Below the pieces are notes generated by a model, which was not told where the DNA came from, did no database searches, and saw only the letters and a program-made list of their open reading frames with translations. From Takakia lepidozioides (Eukaryota; Plantae; Bryophyta): DNA of 64,000 nt. Position numbers and translations under genes: made by a program. The DNA is taken from positions 84,320,001 through 84,384,000 of the forward strand of contig CM060731.1 in the NCBI GenBank assembly GCA_030704615.1, given 5' to 3'. This document shows, piece by piece, positions 34,791 to 47,684 of the stretch (within the stretch, counting starts at the first letter, position 1; the number at the start of each line of letters is the position of its first letter).

Positions 34791-36660
34791 ACACCCTCCA
34801 CTTTATTATAGTATTGCAACAACATTCAAAGCACTTCAATTTGTATCCATCGAAAACATCTAGGCTGGAAAAAGACATTGTTGCAGCAGAACTTAGGAAA
34901 GTACTTCTCCCCTTCCATTTTAATTTCACACGGGAACACCTGCCGCCCAAATTGAGAATAGACTTGCCATATGGTATTCCTTGTCTTCGCGCTCTAATCA
35001 TGTCCCACACCTGCCTCCTCCACCTTTAGTCTTTCGTAGCACATAGTTTATCCATTTCTTTTCAACCATTCAGGTCTGCATAATGCGCCGCAGAATGCCT
35101 ACGCACCATTCCAGCTCCATGGAAGGCAAGTATATGATCGCCAAAGAAAAAGTGCAGTATGTTGCAGCCAAAGAAAAGGAGCGTGAGCGCACCGAGAAGT
35201 CCATTCGTGAAAGGTACATGTCTTACAGAGCAGATGAGGCTTGTGGTACTCCATTGGATGGGCCGTAACAGGGCAGTTGCAGGCTAGAGTGTCTCAGTTT
35301 GGACGTCATCGGGCAGTTTTTCAGTGATTGTGCTTCATGTTATCTTTTTCTTTGTTCACAATAGTTCATCGTTATTATAAAGGACATACCACCTACAAGA
35401 CCTATATAATGTAACAATTTTTTCGCAAATTGGATGAACTATAAGAATGCTATGGACTTTGAATCTCAAAACACTATTTTGTCATCGACACAGTTTTTTG
35501 TGTTATGGACTTTAGAAAACATATCTAAATTTAACCAATTGTGATAAGGACAAAAAGCCATGTGTAAATTTTTTGTAATGTTTCAATAGGTGAAAGTAGT
35601 TTGGAAATCTATCAAATTTTTACAAAGCTATGGAATTTTTTATACACAAAAAATAGATATTTTTCATTAGTTCATAGCATATTGTCTTTTGGGTTTTTGG
35701 GATATCATCTTTTACTAATAAATATACAAACATATAATCTAGGATGACCAAGGTGGTATATGGACAAATGGTCATACACTCTAGGATTTGACTCCTAAGA
35801 GTTTTTTCCAATTAAAGATTAAAATTTATAGTAAATAGCATCTATAATATTTGGGGTTAGACCCATTACTAAAGATGTTAAGTATACTATTGTTTATTTT
35901 TATAAGAATCAAACTGAAAAAAATATGCTGCAAAAAAAAAAAAAAAATCATGGACTTTCATGCACATCACCATCTGCAAAAAATGACACACTCTAGCCTG
36001 CAACTGCCTGTAATGCTCTTTCATGAGCCGGAAACCATGAGCGACATGAGCCATGAACGGGGCAAAAAATACCGAAGGCATTCATGAGCAGGAATGTATC
36101 CCACAAATACATGCCCATGGGAATATGGTAATGACCCGCGGTCATAGGATGCACGAAAGCAATTGCGACACCTTATTTCCACCGGGTATAGTCGGATGAG
36201 AAATGCGGCGCAGGGTTTTCATCGCGCAAGGATGAAAAAAGAAAAATGGCTCCATTCATCGAGCCACCAATCATCATCCGTGCAAGTCCGGCTGCCCATG
36301 ACATCATGCTGGAAATGTGAGGTCAATTCCAACACTAATTAGTTAACCCTCTTCCTTGCAGGAAACATGATGTCAAATAGGAATGTGCTTACACTCTCAT
36401 ACACCGGATAAAGAAATTGGAGGGAAGAGAGAAGACCCTAAGCTTGTGGCCAGCAATGCCCAACAGTACACACTTAGGCTGTGAGTAAACGAGTTTTTTG
36501 AACTGGCACGTGCCCGGTGATGCTTGGGGCACTTGCAGCCCCTTCCACCACAATTTTGATGTTAGGATGTCATCATTTTTACCTGCCGCTTACATTCTCC
36601 ATGGGTGACCATTGTGGCATTGATCGCCAAACAATTGACAAATTCTTGAAATAAACAGGT

Positions 36661-38807
36661 TTGGGTGGTAGCTTAGCGGGAGTTAGTGGGGGTGGCATAG
36701 GACTCACCCTGGGGCGGAGACCTCGTGGTGGGAGTCGTGGGGAGTCTTGGGACTCGTCACGGTCCATAGGGGCCGTGGTGAGTGGGCCAAGACTCATCGC
36801 GACTCATCACCGGGAGTCGAGGGTGTTCGTGGTGGTTCGCCATAAAATGGCATGGTTGTTTGTGAAACCCCCGCGGACAGCTACAGAAGTATATATAGGG
36901 AGTAGTAACCCCGAGAACGGTGCACGCCCGTTGGTGACCAAAAACTAGTGAGTAAGCGAGCGAGCCGGAAAGCGACCAAAGAGTGGGGAGCTGTTCCGGA
37001 CTGCCAACTACCAAAGGGAATTCCGCTGGTTCCAAATCGTTGGAGGGTTCTTTGGGATATCAAAGGGGGGACCGTTATGCCCCGGTGAGCAGCCGAAGCT
37101 CCAAGTTGGCCCCGCGGCCAGGTTGGGAGTTAGGCGCGCGCATCAAGCGAGTAACTATGACTTGAGGGGGGAGCTTACCGAAGTGAGGTGCGCGACACTT
37201 GGTATCAGAGCTTAGAGTTCAGTACGCGATCATCCTTGGGATTGGCCTCATCATGGGGTCGGGCAAGCCAAAGCAAAAGCGGAACGGCCCAAAAGATGAT
37301 GATCCTGGTGAGCCCAATGGGGGCGACATGTCACCGAGGCGGCCGTTTGAGGAAGCGATGCATATTTCCGGAAACGAGGCCGCTCAAGAGGGGGATGAAT
37401 CTGAGGAGTCGGAGCCTGAGGAATCCCTGAGAGCTCCGACCGACCAACAGATGTCTCCCATGCCGGCAGCCTTTTGAGAAGGGTTGTTGGCGCAATTTGG
37501 CGGGACGTTGAAAGACGTGTTGAAGGCGGCTAATGTCACTTCCACTAAGGCAAAGTTTAAGGTGAAGCCTAAGGAACCCGGTACCTTCGAGGGCGTCCGA
37601 AATCGGAAGGCACTCAACACCTGGCTCTTAGAGCTAGAGCAGTACTTCTGGGCGGCCAAGTTGAGTGACGAGGATCGGGTGGAAGTGGCTCCCACCTATT
37701 TGAGGGGCTATGCCCAACAATGGTGGCAGAAACGCCTTCACGACCGAGGTCCAAGCCCGGAAACCTTGAATTGGAGTGGGTTCAAGGAATTGATGAAAAT
37801 GCAGTTTGCCCCTCAACGCGTCCTGGCTTGCCCGGGACAAGATGAGGAATTTGAAGCAAACAGATGACATTCGGGGATATGTCCAGGCTTTCAATGTGCT
37901 GTTGCTCGAAGTCACGGACATGGCAGAACCAGAAATGGTCTTCAACTTTGTGGTGGGACTGGCCTCATGAGCTAGGCGGAAGTTGGAGGAGAAGCCACCT
38001 AAGACTTTGAACGAGGCAATTGAGAGGGCTGAATGTTTCTCGGATGTCCCTAGGGGTGAAAGACAAGGCCGTACGTAGCTGAACCATAAGAAGACCCGGC
38101 GGGAAGGTGACGCCTTCCGACTGGAAAAGAAGTGGGATAGGCCACGCGGCGACAATGGCACGTGGAAATCGAAGGGAGGGCCTTCACAAGTCAAGGCGGC
38201 ACCCGGTGCTTCAAAAGGAAAAGCGGGTGGAGCGGCCTATGGCGGACAGAAGGCGACCTTTGATGGAGTGTGTTTCAATTGCGGGGAGCCCGGGCACATG
38301 GCCAAGAAGTGCACGAAGCCCCGGTAATTGAACATGACTCGGGCGACCACAGAGCTATCGAAAGATACCATCAGCCGCTTGGTGGAAGCGGTGGTCGCCA
38401 GGACTTGCAAGGTAGGCAAATTTTCTTGTGAGTTGTATCAGGAAACTGGCGCCTTACGTAAAGGGAGTCAGTTATTGTTCGTGGATGGGATAATATCCGA
38501 AACTAACGTGTCGTTGTTGGTGGACACGAGAGCGTCGTACTCCTTCATGACACCGGCAACGGCACAAAAGCTGGGACTCCCGACAAGTGACGTGGGGGCC
38601 TCTATTGAGGTGCGTTCTGCCAAAGGAGAACCGCAATTGGCGACAAGTTTTGGCGTGTGATGTTCCTCTTCAACTGGGGAGTTGGGAGAGACGTGAGAAC
38701 TTCACCATCTGCGAGATCGATGGAGTGGATCTCATTTTGGGGATGACCTTTTTGAGCAAATCAGGAGCGGTCATAGATGGCCGTAAGAGAGTAATCACGC
38801 TGCCATG
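36661..38807 (+). mobile_element. Ty3/Gypsy copy 3: partial 5' LTR (36661-37197, subtype B), PBS and degenerate gag-protease, cut by a Copia insertion
   Basis: LTR end CGCGACA at 37197, PBS at 37200, gag from 37253 with in-frame stops, protease motif LVDTRAS. Confidence 0.92.
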
Positions 38808-40523
38808 TGTTGGAAATCAACTCCTAACCAAGTTACTACTACCTAGAGTTACTGTGATGACAAGTCATGCTTCTATAATAGGAGTTCTGACAAGTCACAG
38901 TTAACAATAGAGATAAGCCTCGGTTAGCTAAAAGATAGCTAAAGTTAGCTTCAGTTATTAGTGACTCAAGTCATTGTACCAGAATAGCAGGTGGAGATAT
39001 CTTAAGTAAAAGCATGGAGTTATGCTATAGTTATCTCAGCTATTTCTGGATTAGACTTTGAGTATAAATAGGGAGAGCTCGGAGGGTGGACACAGCTTGT
39101 TGTGATCCTATGGTTGGGTGGAGAGTTCTCGGTAATCAGTTCATCTTTTATCTCTATTCTCTGTCGAATTCCAACATGGTATCTGAGCCATTCTTCTCTA
39201 GGTGAGAGTTGGTAGTTGAGATTGAGAGAACTTGATTATGGCTGGAGCGTCGTCTTCTAGCAATCCTCCTTCTATGTCTATGACGAGTGCATTAGATGTG
39301 AGAGTGGAAGATCGATTCAATGGAACTAACTATCAAACCTGGAAGTTTAGGATGGAGATGGTCCTTCTAGACAAAGATCTATGGGGAGTGGTTGATGGAT
39401 CAGTCCCAATACCTGACACTATTGTTGGCCAAGCCATATGGGATAGGAAAGATCAGAAAGCAAGAGCTAGCATCATCACAAGCTTGAGAGACAAACAGTT
39501 GCATCTCATTATAAGTGCTAAGAATGCTAAGGATGTTTGGGACAAGCTAGCAAGCATATATGAGATGAAGGATGTCACATCGCAAGTGTATGCGACGCAA
39601 AAGTTCTATGGTCTGAAGATGACCGAGTCAGACTCAGTTGAACAACACTTAAATTTGTTTTGTGTGTTGCGAGATCAACTAGTCTCTGTGGGAACTAATA
39701 TGACTGATGAACACGCCACAGTGGTGTTATTGGCAACCTTACCTGAATCCTATGATGGTTTCGTGGTGTCTCTAGCAGGACAAACCAACTTAACTATTGA
39801 TGTTGTCATAGGACTTCTCCTCAAGGAGGAAACAAGAAGAAAAGGTCAAGGTATGTCTACAGAGGTAGACAGAGCTTTGTTCACAGGCAAGACTGGAGTG
39901 GTCTTGAATAGAAGACTCCCTTCACATATGTCTCAGAAGTCCCAGAGGTTTCAGAAACCTCAATCTAGCTCAAAGATCCTGTGATCATGTGTTAATGATC
40001 AGTCTTTGTTGAAAAGACAAAGTGATATCTCAAAGAGGTTTGAGATGGTGGATCTGAAAGAGATCATGTGATCATGTGTTGATCAGGCTCTGTTGAAAAA
40101 GACAAAGCGATATCTCAATGAAGTTTTGAGATGGTGGATCTAAAAGAGATCCAGTAGTGCTTGGGGGTATCGGTAACTCGTGTTCGACAAGACCGAGCGA
40201 TTTACCTGAACTAGCGTAAGTATCTTGAAGATATCTTAAGGCCCTTTGGTATGGCTGAAAGTATGCCAGTAAATACCCCGTTTGTCCCAAATTGCAAACT
40301 CTCAAAGGAGATGAGTCCTAAGAGTGCTGCAGACTTGGAGACAATGAGAGATGTTCCCTATCAGAGTGTTATGGGAAGTCTCATGTATGCAATGGTCTGT
40401 ACTAGGCCAGATATTGCACAAGCAGTGGGGGTTGTAAGCCAATTTGTGGCTAACCCTGGGCAACTCCATTGGGTTGCAGTAAAGCGGATTTTCCGTTATC
40501 TAAGAGGCACACTGGACTATGGT
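38808..40523 (+). mobile_element. Ty1/Copia remnant: 369-bp LTR, PBS, gag, internal deletion, RT C-terminal fragment
   Basis: LTR TGTTGGAA...TTCCAACA at 38808-39176, followed by TGGTATCTGAGCC. RT fragment YQSVMGSLMYAMVCTRPDIAQAVG...HWVAVKRIFRYLRGT at 40251-40523. Confidence 0.92.
39238..39984 (+). CDS. gag: Copia gag (truncated)
   Basis: FNGTNYQTWKFRMEMVLLDKDLW, AKDVWDKL and LLATLPESYD motifs. Confidence 0.88.
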   Translation: MAGASSSSNPPSMSMTSALDVRVEDRFNGTNYQTWKFRMEMVLLDKDLWGVVDGSVPIPDTIVGQAIWDRKDQKARASIITSLRDKQLHLIISAKNAKDVWDKLASIYEMKDVTSQVYATQKFYGLKMTESDSVEQHLNLFCVLRDQLVSVGTNMTDEHATVVLLATLPESYDGFVVSLAGQTNLTIDVVIGLLLKEETRRKGQGMSTEVDRALFTGKTGVVLNRRLPSHMSQKSQRFQKPQSSSKIL

Positions 40524-41682
40524 GGGGGCTGCTATTTCATGAGCCATGAGCCATGAGCGGCATGAGCCATGAGCAGAGTCGTAAGTGTGGAAAAAAACAT
40601 GAGCAGCACTATTTTCCGGAAATGAGTGTCCGCGGGAATAGGGTTTAGGGTGCCACGGTCATAGGGGGAGAAGGACCTCCCGATGAAGGAGGTTCGGCAA
40701 TGTTATTTAGAATTATATATTGAAAGGCAATGTTTCGCGAATGGTAGGGTGGTACTGCTCTGTACAATGGGGGCCCATTTCAGCCTACCAGCCATTTGCA
40801 AAATTCACCCACACTCCCAATCCCAAACGAAATGAGCAATGACGCATTCTCGGAACAATGGACATAGAATAGAATAAAAAGAGGGCACAATGAGGTTTTT
40901 ATTGATCCACATGAATTGCATTTGAAGCACGTCTACTGTGCTGATTGTGCCCTCAAATCTTGAGCCCTGTGCCTACTGAATACAAGTCACGTTGTCAATG
41001 GGACTTCGACTGCTCTCAGAACTAGCTCATGAGTCCTGGGGCTCCTCCATGTAAAGTCGATTGCAGCCGTTGTACCGCCCCTAGTGATGTTCACCACAAT
41101 GTCCTGCCCTTCAATCATACCACCATCGAATATGGAAATCTTCACGTTTTCGTCGTCCACACCAATGCAAATGTCCCCATACAATGGAGAAGAGGAGCGC
41201 ACTCCTCGAGGAGAATAGGTCTCTCCGATGGAGTCCACCCACGTCCAGTGGCAGCAGTTCCACCGCAACAGCATAGCAGTGCGCCTTCTTCTGCATGGGT
41301 GACCGTCGTAGCTGGGAAAATCGGAATCGAGGATGCGCAGGAGCCACGGACTCCTCAAACCAAGATCGTCACCCCGCTCGAAGGCGTAGTGGCCTACGAT
41401 ATACTCAAAAGCCACCAATGTTTCCACAATCGAACCAGTATCTTCTGTGTAATCTGTGTACCAGATAACAATGTCTCCCGATGTGGCCGAATACATTGCA
41501 TAATCGATGCCTCCAAAGGGGCAGTCGTCCCGGTTCCGGAAGCACGGCATCCTTGCAAAGGAGGACCTGAGGACGACTTGGATGCCGATGACCTTGCGGA
41601 CAGCTACGAAGCCCTTAGATTTTGGAAAAGATACGAAGCGGAAGAGCAGTCCGGCCTCCAAAATGGAGCATCTGGGTCACAC
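40524..41682. mobile_element. Left end of another MULE-related element, running into the assembly gap; contains an unassigned ORF (40987-41661, minus)
   Basis: Interrupts the Copia RT with GGGGGCTGCTATTTCATGAGCC and tandem ATGAGC repeats, resembling the 11122 terminus GGGGGGGTGCTATTCTGTGAGCCC. Confidence 0.6.
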
Positions 41683-42182
41683 NNNNNNNNNNNNNNNNNN
41701 NNNNNNNNNNNNNNNNNNNNNNNNNNNNNNNNNNNNNNNNNNNNNNNNNNNNNNNNNNNNNNNNNNNNNNNNNNNNNNNNNNNNNNNNNNNNNNNNNNNN
41801 NNNNNNNNNNNNNNNNNNNNNNNNNNNNNNNNNNNNNNNNNNNNNNNNNNNNNNNNNNNNNNNNNNNNNNNNNNNNNNNNNNNNNNNNNNNNNNNNNNNN
41901 NNNNNNNNNNNNNNNNNNNNNNNNNNNNNNNNNNNNNNNNNNNNNNNNNNNNNNNNNNNNNNNNNNNNNNNNNNNNNNNNNNNNNNNNNNNNNNNNNNNN
42001 NNNNNNNNNNNNNNNNNNNNNNNNNNNNNNNNNNNNNNNNNNNNNNNNNNNNNNNNNNNNNNNNNNNNNNNNNNNNNNNNNNNNNNNNNNNNNNNNNNNN
42101 NNNNNNNNNNNNNNNNNNNNNNNNNNNNNNNNNNNNNNNNNNNNNNNNNNNNNNNNNNNNNNNNNNNNNNNNNNNNNNNNNN
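41683..42182. other. Assembly gap (500 N)
   Basis: Run of N. Confidence 1.
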
Positions 42183-42269
42183 GATTGATGAAGCAAACTG
42201 ATACTTAATTATCAATGGTAAGGTAGCTAAGATGAATGCGGAAAGGGAAACAAATAGGAAAACCCCCCA

Positions 42270-44630
42270 TGATACACTAGCTGTAGGTCATGACTGATTG
42301 TTCTGCGCGGGCTGAGTACTTAGAGATTTCCAACTCTTCTATCTTGGAGTTTCCGCCTCGGATAGCGAAGGGATGGGTGAGTAAAAGCCGCGCGACACCC
42401 TCTCCTTCCGTGCTTCCACCTTCTCCCTCCGGTCTTCCACCTTCTCCATCCGATTCGCCTCCATGCTGGATGTCAGTTGGGAAGTTCCCTCTTTGAAAGC
42501 TTGCATCAAGTCGGCACTTGCACCGCCCTTTTTCTTCTTTTGACCTGTGGAATTAGGGAAAGGGTTGGGAGAAGTATTTGCATGTCTTTGTGGTCCTAGC
42601 ACTGGTGCTGGCTCACGTGGAGGGATTCCCATCTCAGCAGTCGAGGCATCCTCTGAGGCATATGAAGTGGCGTCTGCGCCTTCATCAGCCAATGTATCAT
42701 TAATGTCTTCTCCCTTCATGCATAATCCCCTCAAGTAAGTCAGATACTTGTGTCTAGACTGTTACTAATGCTCTTATTACAAGTCCAGAATAATCTTAGT
42801 TATGACAAACCCATCCCTCCCAAGCACTTGTCTCCCCCCTTCAGTGATACTACAAAAGCATATATAGTAAGTAGTAGTAGTGTTGAGGCAAAGGTCAGAT
42901 CTGATACCTGATATATCGACATGATGGGGCTCTCTAAGCCTGAAACCAACCTTGGGGCCCACAACACAGAAAGAAAAAAAAAAGAAAAAAAGAAGGTGGG
43001 GGGTGTCGTAAAACAGCCCTTTTCGGGGAGGGGGGAAGAACCAAATTTGCGACGCCCGGGCGTCGCAAACCCGTCGCCAAAAAAACGTCACAAATTTGCG
43101 ACCAATGGGGGTCGCAAATAGGCGAAACCACGATTTGCAACGCCCGGGCGTCGGGAAAAAAAAAAGCCTACTCTACAATGCAGAATTAGCATCGTCCGGG
43201 GGTCGCAAAGTGCGACGCTCGGACGTCACAATTTAAGGGGATACATTTGAATTTAGGCGGGAAAATTTGAATTTGAAATTTGAATTTCAAAATCTTGTTG
43301 ATCATTGACTCCGGTTTTGTCTAATGGCAATATGTTCATTATTCTACATATATCATGCAATGCATACTTGAACCTAAGACCTCCACGTTATAACATTTCT
43401 AAAACACTACAAACTAATCGACACACATACGCTACATCTATGTATCACAAAAGCAATCTAAATATATATATATATACACACAAAGATTTCCTTCAAGTTC
43501 CTTCTAAGGGGGTCTATCTTGTGACGCCGGGGAGTTGCAACCTCCACAGCCTTGGTGTCCAGCCCCAGCCCCAGCCCTAGCGTCGTCGCCGTTGTTGCAC
43601 CCCCCCATTGTGAGGGCGCCCCAAGCGATGTCCTTGTGATGACCTAAGCTGACCACAACACCATTACGACCCCCTGTGGCGACGCCGTTGCAACCCCCTG
43701 GCGTCACAACGTTGGGCGTCCCAGCGCGGGGCACCCTCAACGACGCTTTTGTGAAATTGATGGCCGCAAAGCCCGAAAATAAAATAAAATAAAATCCCAC
43801 TGTGGTGATGCTATTGCGACGCCCTGGCGTTGCAGAGGCGCTGGGGCGCGTGACATTTTTTGCAACGCGAGGCGTCGCAACGTTTATTAAAATTAAATTT
43901 ATTATTAAAAAATAAAAATAAAAATCCGACGCCGGGGCGTCGCAAGAAAAAAAAAATCCATCGCAGTGAGGGCCCTCTTTCCCCTTCATGCCACCTTACA
44001 ACGGCTGGGCGTCGTAATGGTGTCGCAGCGGGGGATTGCGGCGCCGGGGCGTCGCAAAAAAAATGCCGCGCGGGGCATGGGGGCGGGCTGGCGTCGCAAA
44101 CCCCCCCCATTTGCTGTAGTGGGGGTAGGGTAGGGATAGCCACCTGAGAGTTTAACATGCAGGTTATATCACAACAAGAAATTAGAGACTAGAAGAACCC
44201 ATCACAAGCAACTAGAGACAGTCGCTAAATTTTCACACCATTACGTAAATTAGAATCACTCACCCTCATGTTGCTTGATGACAAAAAGATCTTTGAGGAA
44301 GGACTTCGGTAAATTGGCCTCCACTCTCTCGTCACTGGACAGAGTCCAATAGTCGCGATTGCATGTGCTTTGGAGTTGAAAATCCTTGATTAGACGATAT
44401 TGTTTATTCAAATGATTCCATTTGTTCTTGCACCCTTCCCAATCTCGGGTTTGTACACCATTGCCCTCGAGAGTTGCAGCAATCTACATCCATTGGTCTT
44501 TGTCGGCAAGCATGTTGCCACGGGGGTTACGCGATTTGTATTCTTCCCACTCCTTCCCCTTTGCAAGGGCCAACCAGTGTATTTCTGCATCAGTCTAGTT
44601 CCTTTCCCTCGGTCTCTTCTTCCTCGCTAC
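42270..44630 (-). pseudogene. Trihelix Myb/SANT-like DNA-binding protein pseudogene (Harbinger ORF1-like or trihelix TF), two exons
   Basis: 44263-44630 reads RN*TDAE...QWM*IAATLEGNGVQTRDWEGCKNKWNHLNKQYRLIKDF...DYWTLSSDERVEANLPKSF with two stops. A probable C-terminal coiled-coil exon lies at 42270-42734. Confidence 0.72.
42990..44121 (-). mobile_element. Non-autonomous CACTA-like element with GC-rich palindromic subterminal repeats
   Basis: The minus strand begins CACTACAGCAAAT at 44121. Repeated TTGCGACGCC(C/G)GGGCGTCGCAA-type motifs at ~43046, 43135, 43814, 43925 and 44036. The left end is not clearly defined. Confidence 0.7.
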
Positions 44631-47600
44631 CTGATTTCTAGCATCCTCTGTGACACAAGCCATAGCCACAAAAATCATCATTAAACCCCAAGTAAACCAC
44701 AAACAAAACAACAATAATATTGTCCACCCGTACTTTGCAGCAGGTAAGACACATGTGGCTGTGATTACACAGCCTATCACACTTTGGAGAATGTACAAAT
44801 GCATACGGCTGCAAGTTTTTTGCGACTGCAAAGGCTCCCATTTTGTCATTCCAGACCTGTGACACCCATAATTTTGCCCTTTGTGTGTTTGCTAGGACAA
44901 GAAATATACAAGCATGTAATGGAGGCTACAAAGGATCTGAAAAACAAGCAAACATAACTACCTGACATGGCGGCCATCACCGTAGGCTCATAGTTCCGTC
45001 CTCTGCCCACTCCGCCACCATATCCAGCAGTTGCCCCCTTAGAAACTAGCCTTGTGTTCTTGCACTTTCTTGTCATCAATCATAAGATGAAGAAGGTGCA
45101 CATGATAAGGTATCATTTACAAGTTCAACCAGGGTTGTAGTGTCTAACTAGCTGGAAGCCATTTATGCTGGAGAAGATAAGAGAGAAGCATATGATTGCA
45201 ACCTGACAAGAAAAGCCTGACAAGCTTCAACCTACAACAAGACTGCCTTTTTAGGAAATTGACCACCCTCCAACACATCTTACTACCACATTGCTAGAGC
45301 CAACCTGCCTGGTCAAAGAAGGGATAATACATTTGTAGCATTTGCTGGCATTTGCACAGACCAATCAGCTGAACTGGTGGAAATCACCAATGAAATTGAG
45401 GCCTCTCCCAGCTCCCTTCAGTGTGGGCCACTTTTATCATAACCTTCAAACTCTCTCAGCTTTTCCTGTCACCACCAGAGGCAAGTAGAGGACATACAAT
45501 CTTCAAGTTCCAGTCACAAGCAACAGATTGACAAGAGCATGAGTCAAAATGGAGTGGTCACCTTGTTTGCCTTGCGCCAAAAAGTGGAGCATAGCTAACT
45601 CTCTCAAACATGATCAGGATTAAATACTCATTGATCGCTTCCTGTGAACATTGTAGATGACATTCTTGGAAGCATTCTAAGTCCCCAGAGCATACCAGCC
45701 CTAGGGTATGGACTATGGACTCAACCAACGAGACTCTCTTAGTGATTTGTGTGAAGTGTTTAAGGATTGGCTTTTCTGTGAAATCATTTTGTGTTTTGTC
45801 CCTTGACCTCCTTGAGGATGTCAATATTGGTACGAAACCTATTCCCTGCCCCTCTTTAGTTCTTGGCACTGTCCTCCTCCGTCCTGACAAGGAGAGACAG
45901 ACAATTAGGACACCCTGGAGTGACGGGCACCCATACATATCCAAAAAGCAAGATCATCTAACGAATTATGGAATGGCATATATGGATTATGAATTTGTTA
46001 TTCGAAGTTGATAGGGGACAGTTCTAGTCCAAGGGGAAAGCCCAAGTCTCTCCATGAAATCAAAGTACTGAGATATCTGTGTAACTATGTTTCTATTGAG
46101 CAGGAGCGTGATCAAATTGAGAGAATAAAGAAACTGCTGTTAGTGCAACAGGAGATTGCCTCTGCTGCACATCCAGGTCACTGAGCGTCCTCCTTGTCTC
46201 GTCCTATTTAAAATAGTGAGTGTGGAAAAACAACTACAAAAACACAACAGTAGAGCCAAGCCAAGAAACAGAGACAGAGCTGAATGAAGCGTACCCAAAT
46301 GTCGATATGACCAAGCTTGCTCTTAGCCAAATCAGTTAGTGCTTCGAAGCTCTTTGCATCTCGAACATCACAAGCCTTCCCCTGCCAGCATAAAAGAGAA
46401 GTGAGTACTACTGCCCACCTGTCCCATAAGGCCTTTCAATTGCTACCTAGCATTATGCAACTTGATGTCAGTTTGCACAAATCGCAGCAGAATGCAACTC
46501 TCGCCCACCCCCGAGTCCCCCAGCAACACCAACTGCGCCACACTCTATGACATATGCACAGCAAACCCACATTCATTAGAAGTCCTAGAAAGAACTTACT
46601 CAACTTGCAAGAAACTGATGCACGAGTATGCGAAGGACAACAAGAGGAAGAGAGGACAGGGAGAGAAAAAAAGAAGAACACGGGTGGGCAGACAAAGCAA
46701 CCAGGGGGAGATAGAAGTGCAAACGGGGAGACAATTTCTCGGCGGAAGAAGCTGTTAAAGACATTATAGAGAAGGTGGTGGTACTGGAGAGTTCGGAGAG
46801 ATAAGCTCGTCCAGGCCTAAAGATTCGAATGCCCCCATAGGAGCAGCAGGGGGAAGTGTGAGGGAAGGAGTCAGACATTGTAGGAGCCGAGATCGCTACA
46901 CTGAGAATTCGGGGTTTTCACTTTGCTATAGTTCTCATCCTAATAATCTTCTGGCATTCAACAGTGAGGGGTGAGGGAGCTGACCTGGCTGAAAGAAAAC
47001 GCTTTACTTTCGTCTTGTCCCGCTGCAACACCATTTTCCAAAGAATGTCATTATTCTTCTTCTCCCCCTTCCGGTATGGTCTGTCTACGATATCGATATG
47101 GTCTGTCAATCAGGTCCTCCTCGCTACAACTAGCTATGGAGAAGCGAGGAGAAGGGAGAAGAGAGGTGCGAGGACAACGGGGTAGGTGAAAATTTCGTCC
47201 TTCTGCCCACGGGTGCTAACTTTAATACGTGGGGGGGGGGGGGTAAGGGTTAAAAGTGGGGACAATTAGGCGGCGTAGTTTAGCCAGGCTTAGCTATGGC
47301 TAAGGTTTAGCCACGGCTACCCCGCGTAGCAGGCGATAACAGGCTGGTGCAGCCGGAGCCTAAGAATGTAGTATTCTCAAATGTATGTAGTATGTAACAC
47401 CCTACAATACACTATGATGTGTGGCGGCTGTGATGGCGCACTTGTGTAAGCTGAGTTCCATGCCTGACCATAGGTTGAATCTGAGTAGTTTATTAAGATT
47501 TTTGTCAAATCTTTTATCCAGGGATGTACCTCAGATCTTTCACCTCGTGATTGATCTTCTTCCCGTACCAATTCCCTTAATCTTTCTTGCAAAGAAAAAG

Positions 47601-47684
47601 AAGGAGTGGCATCCAACTCTAGTTCTTCCGGTATGGGTGATGTACTCTCTGATCTTAATGGTGTGAGAGGTCCAGATGATTCCC

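Noticed and set aside
41029-42215. Long ORFs containing X runs
   Set aside because: They are artefacts of translating through the 500-N gap.
44650-47200. Possible decayed gene or Harbinger transposase next to the trihelix pseudogene
   Set aside because: Only short coding-like patches are present, with no recognisable catalytic motifs.
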